Assembly: GCA_951406725.2 (NCBI GenBank)
Contig: OX597821.1
Location: forward strand, 10,850,001 to 10,914,000
From: Octopus vulgaris
Lineage: Eukaryota
Length of the DNA stretch: 64,000 bases
Direction: 5' to 3'
In this document: positions 12,701 to 29,808 of the stretch, piece after piece
Layout: each line of letters starts with the position of its first letter
Numbering within the stretch: position 1 is the first letter of the stretch
The notes under the pieces: generated by a model
Databases searched by the model: none
Told to the model about the DNA's origin: nothing
What the model saw: only the letters and a program-made list of their open reading frames with translations
Made by a program: the position numbers and the translations under genes

Positions 12701-14039
12701 TCTGTTTTGTTCTTTTATATATAAAATATTCTATACAAATCTCCATACGAAGAAAGAGTTGCGTCGCAGCTGATACATTCCAATATATAAAATGCATTTA
12801 TTTTTTTTAAAATACTTCTTTGATTTACTGAGGTACGGCGTCTGTGTCCGGTTTTTCCCAAAAGAATTTTACGTGATATGATTTGATTTTAAAGAATTGC
12901 AAAGCATAAACGTTTATCTACCATCTCTTTCATCCAGCGGCTCTATAGGAATTGTAGTTTTACTTCATATTGACTGAGAAGTGAAGGCTGTGTATACTAT
13001 ATTTTCTGCATGAGACCTCAAATAACTTACTTTTTTTCTATTCATTTACTGAACAATGAAGCATTTATCTCAAGAAGCAGCTGCATCAGCAAGAACCTTC
13101 AACACTAAACGAGCAAGAAATTACAGCTGAATCTTCTACAAATCATATCCCACTATCTTAAAGAAATTATGCATTGGATTATATTATACTACATACACTT
13201 TATCTACATTAAAAATGTGAATGTTACGGATGCTTTTATATCATACTGTGATTTAACACCCTTATTCAACCGTTTCCTGTATCTAGACGACTGTCTATCT
13301 AAGTAGTATATATCTAACAACAATAATTTTTTATCCTATATTATATTTAAAATACATATCATAATAAAAATATCAGCGCCTCCTTATTTTGGGGGTAGCA
13401 TCATGCTGTAATTGATATTGATCTCATGAGATAGCTTTCTTATGTTTCATTCTATTTTATTGTATTTTTTCGTATAACATATTGGTTGGTATTTATTCAA
13501 GGATATATGTATATGGTGTGTACGCATGTACGTATGCAGTACATTTTATGACAAGTTACGAGTTTTAGAATTTGAGCAATACAAACTATTGTGCACTCTA
13601 GCCTAATCAGTTTAATAAATATAAGTGAGAGAAACATAAAATAAATCATTCAAATGAAACCAACACACACATATTCAAAATCTTACCCCTTTCGGTTAGG
13701 CTTTTCACGTAACTCTGTTAAAGACAGCTTCAAACTTTTTGACTTGATTTGAATTATATTCCGGAAAAAGTTGTTAGCCGTGATCTTCATCTAAAGTAGA
13801 AATAGAACACTGATGATATTTACGAAAACAATCTAATTTACATACAGTTTTCAAACTACATCGAGAGACTTGATTTAATGAGGGAGCTTCTATGCAGTCA
13901 TTTACTGTCATAGAAATAGACGTCAATTAGCTCTTAAACTACTCCAACCTATATTGAATGTATACACTTGCATACACACAGATCAAAAACCACGTTGCCA
14001 AAAATATACGCGAGATCAATCTTCTTTTTTTACGCCCGT

Positions 14040-14340
14040 TTCAAGACTAGCCATGCTCATAGACCCGGTTTCCCAGTTTCCCGGTTTCTATGACATATGT
14101 GTTCCCCGAAGCTGGACGGGACGCCAGTCCATCGCAGCGTTACTCAAGAAACAGGAAGGAAGAGTGAGAGAAAGTTGGGGCGAAAGAGTGCAACAGGGGT
14201 CGCCACCACCCACTGCCGGAGCCTCGTGAAGCTTTAGGTGTTTTCGCTCAATAAACACACATAACTCCCGGTCTGGGTATTGAAACCGCGATCCTCCGAC
14301 AGCGATTTCGCTGCCCTAACCACTGGGCCATTGCGCATAC
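14040..14340 (-). mobile_element. tRNA-derived SINE, family S3 (OK-like head) with an alternative 3' part
   Basis: 14148-14340 aligns with 41648-41842; the 3' part differs (ctgcgatggactggcgtcccgtccag on the minus strand). Confidence 0.75.
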
Positions 14341-15088
14341 ACCGCGAAATTAATCGCTATTCCTAATATTTCTGAGCTCATTGAATGCGTGAGTTCCACA
14401 ATGACTATTTTCAAGTATTGGCTATTCCATATAGGTTTCAATCTTCCGACAACGAGATTTCAGTCAAGTGAATAACTTGTTCCTGAATTAACATACAACT
14501 GTCTGAACTGCCCATTGGCAAGTGTATCCTTACCCTAATTCCCTAGCTGTATATGCATGACACAGCCTCTGACCACATTGTCATATTTTGAGTAACATGG
14601 ACATACCACATAACAAACCACTTTTGGGAGACTTCAACCAAATTGTATTCAGAAACTTTGTGCAACAGCATGTCTAAACGCTAGTCTAAACAAATAAACA
14701 TTTCACGTTACGGTTCTAACAATTTATTATAACAAATGCATTAAAAAACCAGTTGACTATGTCCAAGTAAAATTATTCCCAAATCAAACCGTAATAAAAT
14801 TTCCCAAATTAACTTAATTGTTTCCTAAACAAAGTTTAGAGACGTTTCACATATTCATATTTTCATCACGATCCACAGCATACAGAAATTCTCTCTGTCC
14901 TCGGTGGAAAGAAGGTAACATGTTTCCTCTCTCAAGCCCAATAAACGAAAAATACTTGAAATGTCGATTTTTTTTAAAGTTTAACTTTGGTGAAAAGTTA
15001 AATGACTTTATGACCTCCCCAACTTACACATATGCAAACACACACACGCACACTCACAGACACACACATACACTCATATATATGTGTG

Positions 15089-15138
<50 letters not shown>

Positions 15139-15990
15139 GTCAGTCTGTCGGTCAGTCGGTCAGTCTGTTAGTTTGTTATTTAGTTAGAACGCCGTATACA
15201 GCAATATTCGCTAAGAGGTCTTCTTATATAGATGCACGGCGCTTGAAAGCACACACATATATCGTAGCAAAACGTAATCTTCTCGTCTCTGCAACGAAAC
15301 TACAAGGCTGCGGGATTTCAGAATACTGTAGAAGATATCCAATCACCACATACCACATGTCACTGACAACATGTTTATTGAAAGCATACATATTTACGAC
15401 GTAAGCCATTGTTTATGCATGTATGCACACACACACACACACATACACACACAAACACACATACACACGACGTTTTTCATTGTGTGACACACATATTACA
15501 AAATAAGGTATATTTGTCAAATAGCGGTTTAAAATTCTTCATTAAATAGTGACGGAAACATATATGACACTTCAATATTGAAAATTTTCGATTTCAAACT
15601 TTTTCAATCTTCTGAATACGATTTTTGATTGATTGTATTCTTTAATATCTGATGACATACATTGTTCTTCAGACGTTGCTATCATTTTCATCATTTCATG
15701 TAAATATATATTTAGGTAAATTGATAAAATCACACTGTGAGATTCTGCATGGCTAGGTTCAGAGATTCTTCTTTAAATATTTTAAAAGTAATTTTCTATA
15801 AAACTTATCTGAGTTTGTCTTTCAAGACAATTTGATAAACCAATGTGCAAAATAGATAAACTTTTGATAAATTACACTATAAAGCTTGTTGCGATGATAT
15901 TGCGAGTGCGTACATGAGACCGTTCTACGTTTATACTAATCATTTAAAATCTAATGGATTTTCTGTTAATGCAATTTTGATTAAAAATCG

Positions 15991-16828
<838 letters not shown>

Positions 16829-17010
16829 GATAGATAAGAAAGTTTGTTTGGTAAAGCACGTGGGTGAATATATAAGAAAATAGTAAAGAGTGAAAAAACG
16901 ACAGAAGGCTTAAATGTTAACAAATATATATATTTTTGCGTCAAAATGTCTGGAGAATATTGGAAAAATTTGTTTCCTTTCCTTAAAATGACATAATTTT
17001 ATAATTTTTA

Positions 17011-17049
17011 AAGAAATACCGGTTTCGCAGTTAGCTCTTCAAATTTCTT
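17011..17049 (-). ncRNA. Minimal hammerhead-like motif (core UUGAAGA) in pLTR
   Basis: aagaaa t TTGAAGA gc taact gc GAAAC cg GTA tttctt, with palindromic stem III accggt. Confidence 0.5.
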
Positions 17050-17178
17050 GTGACTTAATGTTTATTTTTAATAACGTAATCCTTGTATTTTTTTCTAAGG
17101 AGAGTTCTAAATAAGGGAAAGTAGTGAGTGATTTCTTCCGGTGTAAGGGAGATAATCGCTTAAAAAAATTTTTTTACT

Positions 17179-17430
17179 TTAGTGTGAATTTCTCTGTATT
17201 ATTGAGTTCGGATAGTTGAGTCTGGGTTTGTACTTTTCAATGAAGAATGTTTCCTTATTTAGTCTAATTTGTGATGATGATCCGAAAGCACATTGGTAAA
17301 ATGGAAAGATTAAAAATTGTGGTTGTAGTTGCTTTGCGCATTTCTCAATGTGTTCACTAAAAGGTATCATTCTATATTCTGGGAATGCAATCTGTTGTCG
17401 ATGCAGTGTGCATGCTCGGGCTGCCACCAA
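17179..17430 (-). pseudogene. Penelope GIY-YIG endonuclease C-terminal remnant
   Basis: R...H, H...C and E..FI....P.LN motif pattern of GIY-YIG domains. Confidence 0.75.
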
Positions 17431-17458
17431 GACTACGTGGGATCCACGGGACTATCAC

Positions 17459-17497
17459 AAGAAATTTGAAGAGCTAACTGCGAAACCGGTATTTCTT
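17459..17497 (+). ncRNA. Minimal hammerhead-like motif (core UUGAAGA) in the inverted pLTR
   Basis: Identical to the 17011-17049 motif, on the opposite strand. Confidence 0.5.
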
Positions 17498-17630
17498 TAA
17501 AAATTATAAAATTATGTCATTTTAAGGAAAGGAAAAACATTTTTCCAATATTCTCCAGACATTTTGACGCAAAAATATATATATTTGTTAACATTTAAGC
17601 CTTCTGTCGTTTTTCACTCTTTACTATTTT

Positions 17631-18074
<444 letters not shown>

Positions 18075-18078
<4 letters not shown>

Positions 18079-18113
18079 AGCACATGGCCTAGTGGTTAGA
18101 GCAGCGGACTCGA
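18075..18113 (+). mobile_element. Head-only fragment of SINE S3
   Basis: tggaagcacatggcctagtggttagagcagcggactcg is the A-box head of the 41452-41843 SINE. Confidence 0.55.
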
Positions 18114-19734
18114 CGTCGAAGGATCTAGAAACATAGGAACTAGAAATATTTTTCCTGTGCATTCTGAATTAATCGTTAAGATAGACAACTCCCAAATTTC
18201 AGTCGCATTGATTGATTCTGTGCCAACATTAAATAATATCTGGCCACTACTACTTAGTATGCATAACGATAATCTTTCTCACAAATGAATGGGTAAATCA
18301 TCTTTCTTCATCTTTAATGATTTCTAAAGAGGATCTATAGACAAGCAGATCATAATATTATTGCAAGAAGATCCTTAGAACAGTAATTGCGGTAAAGACA
18401 TTTTTAAATGCGGTGAGGAAAAGATTTAAAATGTCAGAAAAATTGCATTATCTGTTCTTTCGCTATACGTACTGCGTTCTAATAAGGCCGATATAAAGTT
18501 ACTTTTCTTCATTTCAGGGTCCACGAAGTATTGAGGAATTTGATAATACATTGTAATTAGGTAATTATTTTTTGGTCATCTTGTTACGGGCACGGAGAGA
18601 ATAACTTGTTTGAAAGTATTTTGTCAGAATTTCGGACAATTCTCTCTCATCATCTCTCCCCCTCTCTTCCTCTCTCACACTCTCTCTCTCTCTTGATTGA
18701 CCTATTAATTGATGCCTTATTTCAATGGACCTGTTTTCTTTTTGTTTTGTTATTTTTTACATCTTACTCCGATTCTACTTGATATTGTATGTACTCAAAA
18801 TACTTTTACAAGTACCTAAAATATACTTGCTGCATCTATCAATTTCACTTTTCGCAGGATTTTCTGATCTAAATTTGGCTTTGGCAACAACATCATATTT
18901 ACACTTAATTCTTTTTGATGACGGCCTTTCGTCTATTTTCAGTTTGATAGCAATTTTGTTTCGTTCTAAACTTATAAAATAATATATGCTTGAGATTGTT
19001 TATTGTAAGTATTAAGGTTATCAGGACGATGAATATTTCATAATTCTACAACAGATAAACCAAGAATATGGAAATACATTCAATACATGTTTATGCATAT
19101 GTATGTCATCCAGGAAGTGGTTGATATGTGCTTATCGACCTCTTTATGAACACTATAATCATCGATCCCTTCTCTCGCTTACCCCCTCACTCCCTCATCT
19201 CACTCAATCTCTTTCTCTCTCTCCATCTCGTAGGTCTAAATGTAGTATATCCACATTTGAAAAGAATATTTTAAATAAAACAACAATTAAAAGTAAACGA
19301 TAGAGCTACATTTTATAAAATATTTTTTAGTTATGAAATCCATTTCTATTTGATCCTGTGTACGTTTCGTGTGAGTATATAAGTATATATGAATGTTTTC
19401 ATATGTATTCTGATATTTTCATATATGTGCATGTACGTGGTCCATAGTACTTGTTAGTAATCCTTACACAGTATGATATAAGAGACATTTGGTCTCACAC
19501 ACACATATATGTATATGTATATATATATAATGATAAATCTCAGAGCGAGTTATAAACAATAGCAGCAACACATCGTGACGTATATTTGCCATTTGAATAT
19601 GGCTAACCCTAAGGGTGAATGCTACTGTAGTTTGTAGCCCCAGGAGGACACCTCCAGCTGGCAATAGACACACGTTCTGTGCCCTATCAGTATTTGCAAA
19701 GGAAAGCCATCCTTCCTGTCTTCAATTTATGATA

Positions 19735-19779
19735 CACACGGACTCGAGTTTCAGGGTATTGACCCGTCATCGGCGTGTG
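19735..19779 (-). ncRNA. Type-I hammerhead ribozyme motif
   Basis: cacacg CCGATGA c gggt caat accc t GAAAC tcga GTC cgtgtg: 6-bp stem I, 4-bp stem II, palindromic stem III actcgagt, GUC triplet. Confidence 0.75.
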
Positions 19780-20205
19780 ACAATCGTAGTTGTCGACGAG
19801 AAGTTGGTTCCCTTCACAAATACATATCCTTTTTCCAGTATCGATTGACACTGATATTGAAAAAGGGAAATCAAACAATGATAAATCTCAGAGCGAGTTA
19901 TAAACAGTAGCAGCAACACATCGTGACGTATATTTGCCATTTGAATATGGCTAACCCCTAAGAGTGAATGCTACTGTAGTTTGTAGCCCCAGGAGGACAC
20001 CTCCTCCAGCTGGCTATAGACACACTTTCTGTGCCCTATCAGTATTGGCAAATATACGTCACGATGTGTTGCTGCTACTGTTTATAACTCACTCTGAGAT
20101 TTATCATTGTTTGATTTCACTTTTTCAATATCAGCGTCAATCGATACTGGAAAAAGTATATGTATTTGTGAAGGGAACCAACTTCTCGTCGACAACTATG
20201 ATTGT

Positions 20206-20250
20206 CACACGCCGATGACGGGTCAGTACCCTGAAACTCGAATCCATGTG
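20206..20250 (+). ncRNA. Type-I hammerhead ribozyme motif, mutated copy
   Basis: cacacg CCGATGA cgggtcagtaccct GAAAC tcga ATC catgtg; two G>A changes in stems III and I relative to 19735-19779. Confidence 0.6.
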
Positions 20251-20410
20251 TATCATAAGTTGAAGACGGGAAGGATGGCTTCCCTTTGCAAATACTGATA
20301 GGGCACAGAAAGTGTGTCTATAGCCAGCTGGAGGAGGTGTCCTCCTGGGGCTACAAACTACAGTAGCATTCACCATTAGGGGTTAGCCATATTCAAATGG
20401 CAAATATACG

Positions 20411-20453
<43 letters not shown>

Positions 20454-20573
20454 TTATATGTATATACAAATATATATTCATACATATATATGCATATACA
20501 TATATATACATACATATATATACATGTAGATACATATATATACATATATACATATATATATACATGTAGATAC

Positions 20574-20631
<58 letters not shown>

Positions 20632-20999
20632 ATATATATATACAGATATACATACATATATATTATATACGGAAAGAAACAAAATTAGAATAACTTAGAA
20701 AGGTTTTGGCCAGTGATGGCCCAGGCCGTGTCTAACTTAATAGCACCAGATAGATATACATACTTATGCATTTACATAGTATATACATAGATAGTTTATA
20801 TGGCATCTATATACGTATTAAATGTGAATATATATATACGAATATATGCCTGCATGCATGTATATAGTTACGTGTATAAGTATTTAAATATAGACTATCG
20901 TGCGTGTAATTTTTCACAATATAGATAAAAAATAGTTAACCTGATTGAAGTAAACTATATATGATGGCTATAACAATTATAAGAAGGATTTTGTTGTCT

Positions 21000-21480
21000 G
21001 GATTTTCTGTTGTGTGAGGAAAGGAGATGAGTCCATCTAATGCACATAATTGATGGATGAGACAGCAATTAAGACTGCAATGCTAAATTCATGAGCATTT
21101 ATGAAATCAGGCGAATTTCTAGCATTGATTTGATGGTAATTAGGTTTTTGTAAGTTAATCTACCGTTTTATGCACGTGTTTCCTTGGTTTTCTCTTGTGA
21201 GAGGAAAGTGAATGTTTACATATAATGCAGACAATTGATGCATGAACTAGCAATAAAGAGAGTGATGCCACTCTCTATAGCAATAAAGAGAGAGATGACA
21301 AATTAATAAACATTTATGAAAGCAGACCTATTTCTAATAGTGATTTTATGTCAATTAGATTTTCTTAAGTTAATCCACCATTTTCTGCATGTTTTACTTT
21401 TCTTCTGTCCGATTGTTCCTGCATGTTTATCTTATAAAGATGAGAAAGTATAATCCCAACCTATTCAGGCACTAATTGAG
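21000..21480. repeat. Old diverged tandem duplication, ~190-230-bp unit, about 2.3 copies
   Basis: gaggaaag..taatgca..aattgatg..tttatgaaa..aattag..taagttaatc recurs near 21015-21180 and 21200-21395. Confidence 0.6.
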
Positions 21481-21508
21481 CAGTGGCAGAACTATTTCAT
21501 CAAATCAC

Positions 21509-21566
<58 letters not shown>

Positions 21567-22985
21567 TCTCTCTCTCTTGCACAAACATACTCACACACAC
21601 ATACAGACGTATGTATATATATGCCACGCTACTGATGTGTACATTCATTGGATTGGAATGATTCCAAGGGTAATTCTTTAATGAGTTCTTTTCTTTTTTT
21701 TATCTAATACTTATTTCAATACAGTACTTATTTTATTTCATCAGTATTTAATGAATCACAGAACATTGTTGGAAAATTTGAAAGCAAATTCTCATATATA
21801 CATAGTGATTTACACATACAGAGGCATGTAAAACACGAATGTATGTGTAAGTGCCTTTATGTGTAAATATGCACATTTATATACTGTTATATAGATATAT
21901 ACAAAGCGTGTTTTTTTATGTGTTTTAAATACGCTTATTCAAAATAGAGACACTTTGACCGATATGAATCTGGGCGCGTATAAAATGTAGGTCAGGCATC
22001 CTCTCTCCCTTTCTACCCAGACTCTTGTATCGGTAGACGTCCATACTTAATTTAAATGAAGTTCTTCCAAAATCACTGTGTTCAAAGCTTGATCGAGATC
22101 AGATGAAAGAATCACAGAGCCATAATTAACATTTTGAAAGTTTTAAACATCGCCTGTATTTTCGCAATAATCACATGAACCCACCATCGATGATGATGAC
22201 AATGATCTGACCATATAATGTAGGATGGCTCTACATCAAGAAATTCGTCTATGGCCAGGGAAATTACTGTCATGAGAGGAATGCTAGAATTGATTTATTT
22301 TATCTAACGTTGAAGTTCGTAGCAAATGTCAGGAATATTGTGTATCCTGGAAGAAGCGAAGATACGAGAGAACCCATATGACAAGATTCACCAGTATGGC
22401 AGTGAAGTCAAATCAGTCAGGTCTGATGTGACATTAACATCAGAAGGTCTGCGTAGCGAAGATTTATCGTAGTAGTTGCGATATTGATTGAGAAGTAATC
22501 TTGCTTGATGAGAAATGCTACAAACTTCTAATCCAGTGTCCTCGAATTTAAAGTAATGAAGGCATATATGCGCGCGCTAGCTTAAGCACTTAAGCACATG
22601 AGCATACACTTAACTTACATAGTAATACACTTCAATAAATATAGATACATTAATATGTGCGTGTGTTTGTGGGTGGGTGTGTATTTAAATATATACATAA
22701 CACATATCAATATATAAATACACGCCTGCATCTATATATAATTTATAAATGTATATATTTAAATACGCGCGCACGCGAATGTAACTGTATATATGTATAC
22801 TTATAAGTATGTATCTACCTATGTATGAATGTAGACTTTTGTATGCCAGAACATGTTGCATTTTCCGTCTAATAAATCCCATTCCATATATATATATACT
22901 AATATAGGATAATTTTTTTTTTAGAAAAATATTTCATCAAAAGTGACAGCATATCAAAATACCTATAAAGGTTAAAATTATAAAC

Positions 22986-23147
22986 AACTTATAAACAAGG
23001 GCAAAAAAAATTATCTCTCTGCCAATATGCTGAGAACAGACTTTAAATCGTCGAATGTATAATGAAATGTGGAAATTGGCGATTTAAAGTCTGTTCTCAG
23101 CAGCATATTGGCTTAGAAATAATCTTTCTTTCGCCCTTGTTTATAAG

Positions 23148-23149
<2 letters not shown>
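22986..23149. repeat. Imperfect fold-back (~65-bp arms) abutting (TA)n
   Basis: aacttataaacaagggc..gccaatatgctgagaacagactttaaatcg (22986-23050) against its reverse complement at 23080-23149. Confidence 0.8.
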
Positions 23150-23192
<43 letters not shown>

Positions 23193-23879
23193 TCAGCTTC
23201 CACCGACGGTGAAATATTTGGGTCCAAATGATCGCATACTCTTAATCGAACCCGAAACCACGTAATTAGAAAGCTGTCTCTTTCTTTCTATCATAAACTA
23301 CGGATTACAAAGTCAAAATGTCAGATTGGAAGTTCTGTTAATTTTCAACTTTTTGTTTATCACGGAGATAAAATATTAGTAGCCGTTGCTTTCAAATCGT
23401 TACTCTCGATATATTTCCGATTACTTTCACAAGAGCCATTCTTAATAACTATCTAATTTATTGGGATCTGAGGCCAAAAAATAAATCTATGGCTGCAGGG
23501 TTGTTTGGTTGTTTTTATTTTTTTTGTTTTACATTTTCAAATGCAAACAAAAGATATTTTATTTGAAGTTTATAATTTATCTGTGAAGTTAAATGAAATA
23601 CAGATTTATTTCCTTGCCTGAATCTTTTATATGCTGTTATTTGTTCTGACATGACATTTCTAGTTTTTCGAGGAGAACAATTAATTCCTGCTCTGTTGAT
23701 TACACATCATTTAAGAAGATTTTTAAAATGCCATTGAAAGACAAATATCGTGTAAAAGAATAAGATATTTTTTATTATTCTTATTTTCTAGAAATTTATT
23801 TACTTATTGAATTTCTCGTCTGTGGTATGAAATGCCAAATTCTCTTCAAAGCGCAAAACATTATAAATAATAACAATAC

Positions 23880-24260
23880 TCGTTTTGAAATTTTGGCAAA
23901 AGATCAACAATTTGGGGTGTGGGTGTATTTGGATTGCGAAAAAATGAAAAGCAACGGGGACATCGGCGGAATTTGAACTTAGAACGTTAAGGCGGACGAA
24001 AGGTCGCTAAACATCTTGTCTGGAGTGCTAAAGAGTCTTCCATATCACATAACAATAACGATCATCTTTATTATAGGCACGAGGTCTGATATTATAAGGG
24101 AGGTGGATAGTCGATTACACCAACCTCAGTACGTAACTGGTACATATTTTCGCGAAGTCGAAAAGGATGGGTAAAATAGAGTGGGCCATGGCGGATTTGG
24201 AACTTAGAAAGTGAAGACGGGCGAAATACTGCTGAGCATTTCACCAGGTGAGCTAAATAT
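23880..24260 (-). mobile_element. Two decayed SINE S2 copies
   Basis: cggcggaatttgaacttagaacg and cagtacgtaactggtac motifs of S2. Confidence 0.5.
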
Positions 24261-24284
24261 TCTAACAACTAGACGCATTTAGAA

Positions 24285-24303
24285 ATAACAATAATAATAA
24301 TAA

Positions 24304-24347
<44 letters not shown>

Positions 24348-24630
24348 ACAGTAGTAGTAGTAGTAGTAATAGTAGTAGTAGTAGTAGTGCAGCAGCAGCA
24401 GTAGTAGCAGCAGCAGCAGTAGTAGTAGTACTAGTAGTAGTAGTAGTAGTAGTGGTGGCAGTAGCAGTAGCAGCAGTAGTGGTATTAGTAGTAATAGTAG
24501 TAGTAATAGTAGTAGTAGTGGTAGTGGCAGCAGCAGCAGTAGTAGTAGTAGTAGTCGTAATAATAGCAGTAGTAGTAGTAGTAGTCGTAATAATAATAAT
24601 AATAATAATAATAATAGCAACAACAACAAA
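24285..24630. repeat. Compound trinucleotide tract (AAT/AGT/AGC/AAC)
   Basis: Directly visible; source of the poly-T/L/V/Y ORFs. Confidence 0.95.
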
Positions 24631-24639
24631 TGTTAATAT

Positions 24640-26733
<2,094 letters not shown>

Positions 26734-26779
26734 TTGTTGTTGTTATATGCAATTGTTCACAAGAATTTACTAGTGTGAA

Positions 26780-28340
26780 TCGTGAAGGATTTGTGATTAG
26801 TGACTACTTAAATGAAAATCAATTAATAATAAACAGGATTTGGGATCTATTAAATAAAGAAGAGTAAGAATATGTGTGCGACTTTAAGAGGGTTAAATAA
26901 TAGAGACTAAATCAAGAGATAAGTAGAGCAATAATGTATTAAGGTACATTGAAACAAAAACATCATACAAACAAATAATATCATCAAGGCTGCAAGTAGT
27001 ATTGTGGTAGAAAGTATAGCACTGAGTAATATTGAAAACAGAACAACAACGGATAGAAGACAAAATAAAAAATCTTGGTGGAGAAGGAGACTTCAGAAGA
27101 TGTAAACTCCCTGAACAGTGTAGTGACCATTCTTATCAGGAAAAGAAAAGGAAAGTTGAAGAATGATCGCAAATTTGAAAAGGTGAGAAAGAATGATGGT
27201 GTCGATACAAAAGGTCTGACTGTTGTAATTGAAGAGCTGAAGCAACGCATACCTCCCAAAAAAGCAAAGCTTACTAGGCTTGGACAACAGATTAAGCAAT
27301 ACTAGCAAAACCAATTGTTTAGGACCAACCTAAAGAGATTTTATCGAGGAATCAATGATAATATAGAACGTGAAAGATTAACCCCTGATGCTGATGAAAT
27401 TCGACAGTTCTAGGGTAAGATATAGACTAAGCAAGAGCAACATAATACTGCAGCTGAATGCCTCTGTTGCCTGAAACAAAGCTTCTTATCTCCAGCAAGA
27501 AGCTATCCACTTCACAGAAGGTATATAAGAAATATGAGTAAAAATATAAGCATTTGTAAAGCAGTATGACCTTATGGTATACTGAGATTTTGGATAAAAA
27601 CGTTCAGTGGGTGCCATAAATTGAATGCAGCGCAACTTAGTATATTGATCGAACGGCGTTGTGTCTGAATAATGCATCGAAAGGGAAATGCTGCTGCAAA
27701 TTACAGACCAACTTCTTGGCTCCCAATAAAAGTGGAAGTTACTATCATGAGGAACTGCAGAATAACTTCATAAATGTTCCAGGGTGATAGCATATTTCCT
27801 TTGCTTTTTGTTTTCTGCATAATCCCTCTGACGTCTGTACTTCGGAAAATGAGACTGGGATATCAGCTAAAGGGTAAATCTCAAACAATCAGCCACCTCC
27901 TATACATGGATGATTTGAAGCTGTATAGAAATGATGAAGCACAAGTGAGTTCTATGATGAACACTGTCCACTATTTTAGTGCTGAAATTAGAATGCAATT
28001 CGGACTCAAGAAGTGTGGTATAATCCATCTGAGAAGAGACATGGTAAAGTCCCTAACATGGGATTAATAGAGAATCAACCAACTTGAAAATTGTTGCTAC
28101 AAATAACCTGGCGTACTAGATTTCAGTGTGATAATGGAGAATGAAATGAAATAGGAAATGGGGATGGAATATTTCCGAAGACTAAGCTTGGTGCTGCACT
28201 CAAAATTGACCGGATGAATTGAAATCCAAGCAAGTACTACATGGGAGATTGCATCACTTCAGTATGGAGCTAGAATCATTAAATCACAAGCCAAGCAGCT
28301 GAATGAACGTGGAGACAAAGACAAGAAAGAAGTTGACAGT
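26780..28340 (+). mobile_element. R4/Dong-like LINE RT fragment, decayed
   Basis: IEELKQRI..KKAKL; FQGDSIFPLLF..ISHLLYMDDLKLY..IRMQFGLKKC. Confidence 0.88.
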
Positions 28341-28622
28341 ACACGCGTCTCATGCTCAAATCTTCCGTGCTAATGAACTGAACTGAACTGTAACTAATCG
28401 TCTGATAACAGATTTGGTGATTCAACGATTTCACCTCACATCTTCAAGCATATCTGGCAGGTTTTTCTCATTTCTACCTGGTGGCGGTCACGCAGAACTG
28501 TCATCAATATTGAAATCTTATCGGCCACATTGGAAACGTCTCGACCACGTGTACACTTGGGCAGGTATTGCCATGACAACTTTCTCTTTCATGCTCAATG
28601 CAATGATCACACGCCACACATG

Positions 28623-28690
<68 letters not shown>

Positions 28691-28870
28691 AGCATACATG
28701 CATACGTTCGTACGTACGTGCGTACATAAACATTTATGTAACCAAATTTGAGGGTAGTATGTTACTGGGTTACGAAACAGTGGTAAAAAATATTTATCTT
28801 TCTAGAAAGAGCAGCCAGATGTCCTTCGAAATAAACAATTGAAAGCTTCACAAAAAATAGCTTATATTTG
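28340..28870 (-). mobile_element. Mariner-like transposase N-terminal (HTH) remnant
   Basis: QVYTWSRRFQCGR*..DD...PP..RNEKN resembles mariner V..W.KRF..GR....DD.R.GRP. Confidence 0.5.
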
Positions 28871-29367
28871 CAGACCCACAATGTTTAAATAAATACGCGA
28901 TGGTTAATTCTGGAACATTTATTACGATAGGTATGCTCCATCAAATGTGTTTAGCTCACCATCTGTATTTGTTTTCCATTTATTAAAACTTGTTTCACTA
29001 TTTCATAATTTTTCTTTTTTATAATAAAACGGGGGTAACGTAAACAGGAAGCTTAGTCTAACACTTTCCTTTACCATTATACTTTACGTACGATTATCAT
29101 AAGTGTTAGATAAACCGGATATAAAATACATTTATTCCAGCTGATATTTATTTTCGTTGCTTCGTTATTGCTTTTGATATTACAATTTCACTATTTTATT
29201 AATTTCTTTTACGGTGATGATATTTTTTTTATCATATTTCAAAATTAACCTTTTCGAATTTTGCATAACCTTCTCATATAAATTGGCTACACCAGAAATC
29301 AATTATTTGTAATACAAATATTGACAATTTTCAACACAACGCTTATTTGGTTTTCTTTTTCGAGGAA

Positions 29368-29569
29368 TTCTTTTATTCTTTTATTCGTTTCAGTCATTTT
29401 GACTGCGGCCATGCTGAAGCACCGCCTTTAGTAGAGCATATCGATCTAAGGACTTATTCTTTGTAAGCCTAGTACTTATTCTATCTGTCTCTTAATCCGA
29501 ACCGCTAAGTAACCGGGACATAAAGACACCAGCATCGATGTCAAGCGATGTTGAGGGACACAACACGCA

Positions 29570-29609
<40 letters not shown>

Positions 29610-29610
29610 A

Positions 29611-29674
<64 letters not shown>

Positions 29675-29808
29675 GATGTGTTTCTTTCAGTCTCCATCTA
29701 TCACATCCACTCACAAGGCTTTGGTCGACCCGAGGCTATAGTAGAAGTGGGACTGAACCTAGAATCATGTGGTTAGCAAGCTACTTACCACACAGCCATT
29801 CCTGCGCC
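29368..29808 (-). mobile_element. SINE S1, near full length
   Basis: Reverse-complement match to 58230-58660 with a short internal deletion. Confidence 0.88.

Larger units (their letters stand above)
19529..20414. mobile_element. Non-coding retrozyme-like element: ~350-bp monomer, 1.5 tandem copies plus ~1.05 inverted copies, in (TA)n
   Basis: aatgataaatctcagagc recurs at 19529 and 19877 (period 348); inverted arm 20046-20414 has period 352; one hammerhead motif per arm. Confidence 0.8.
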
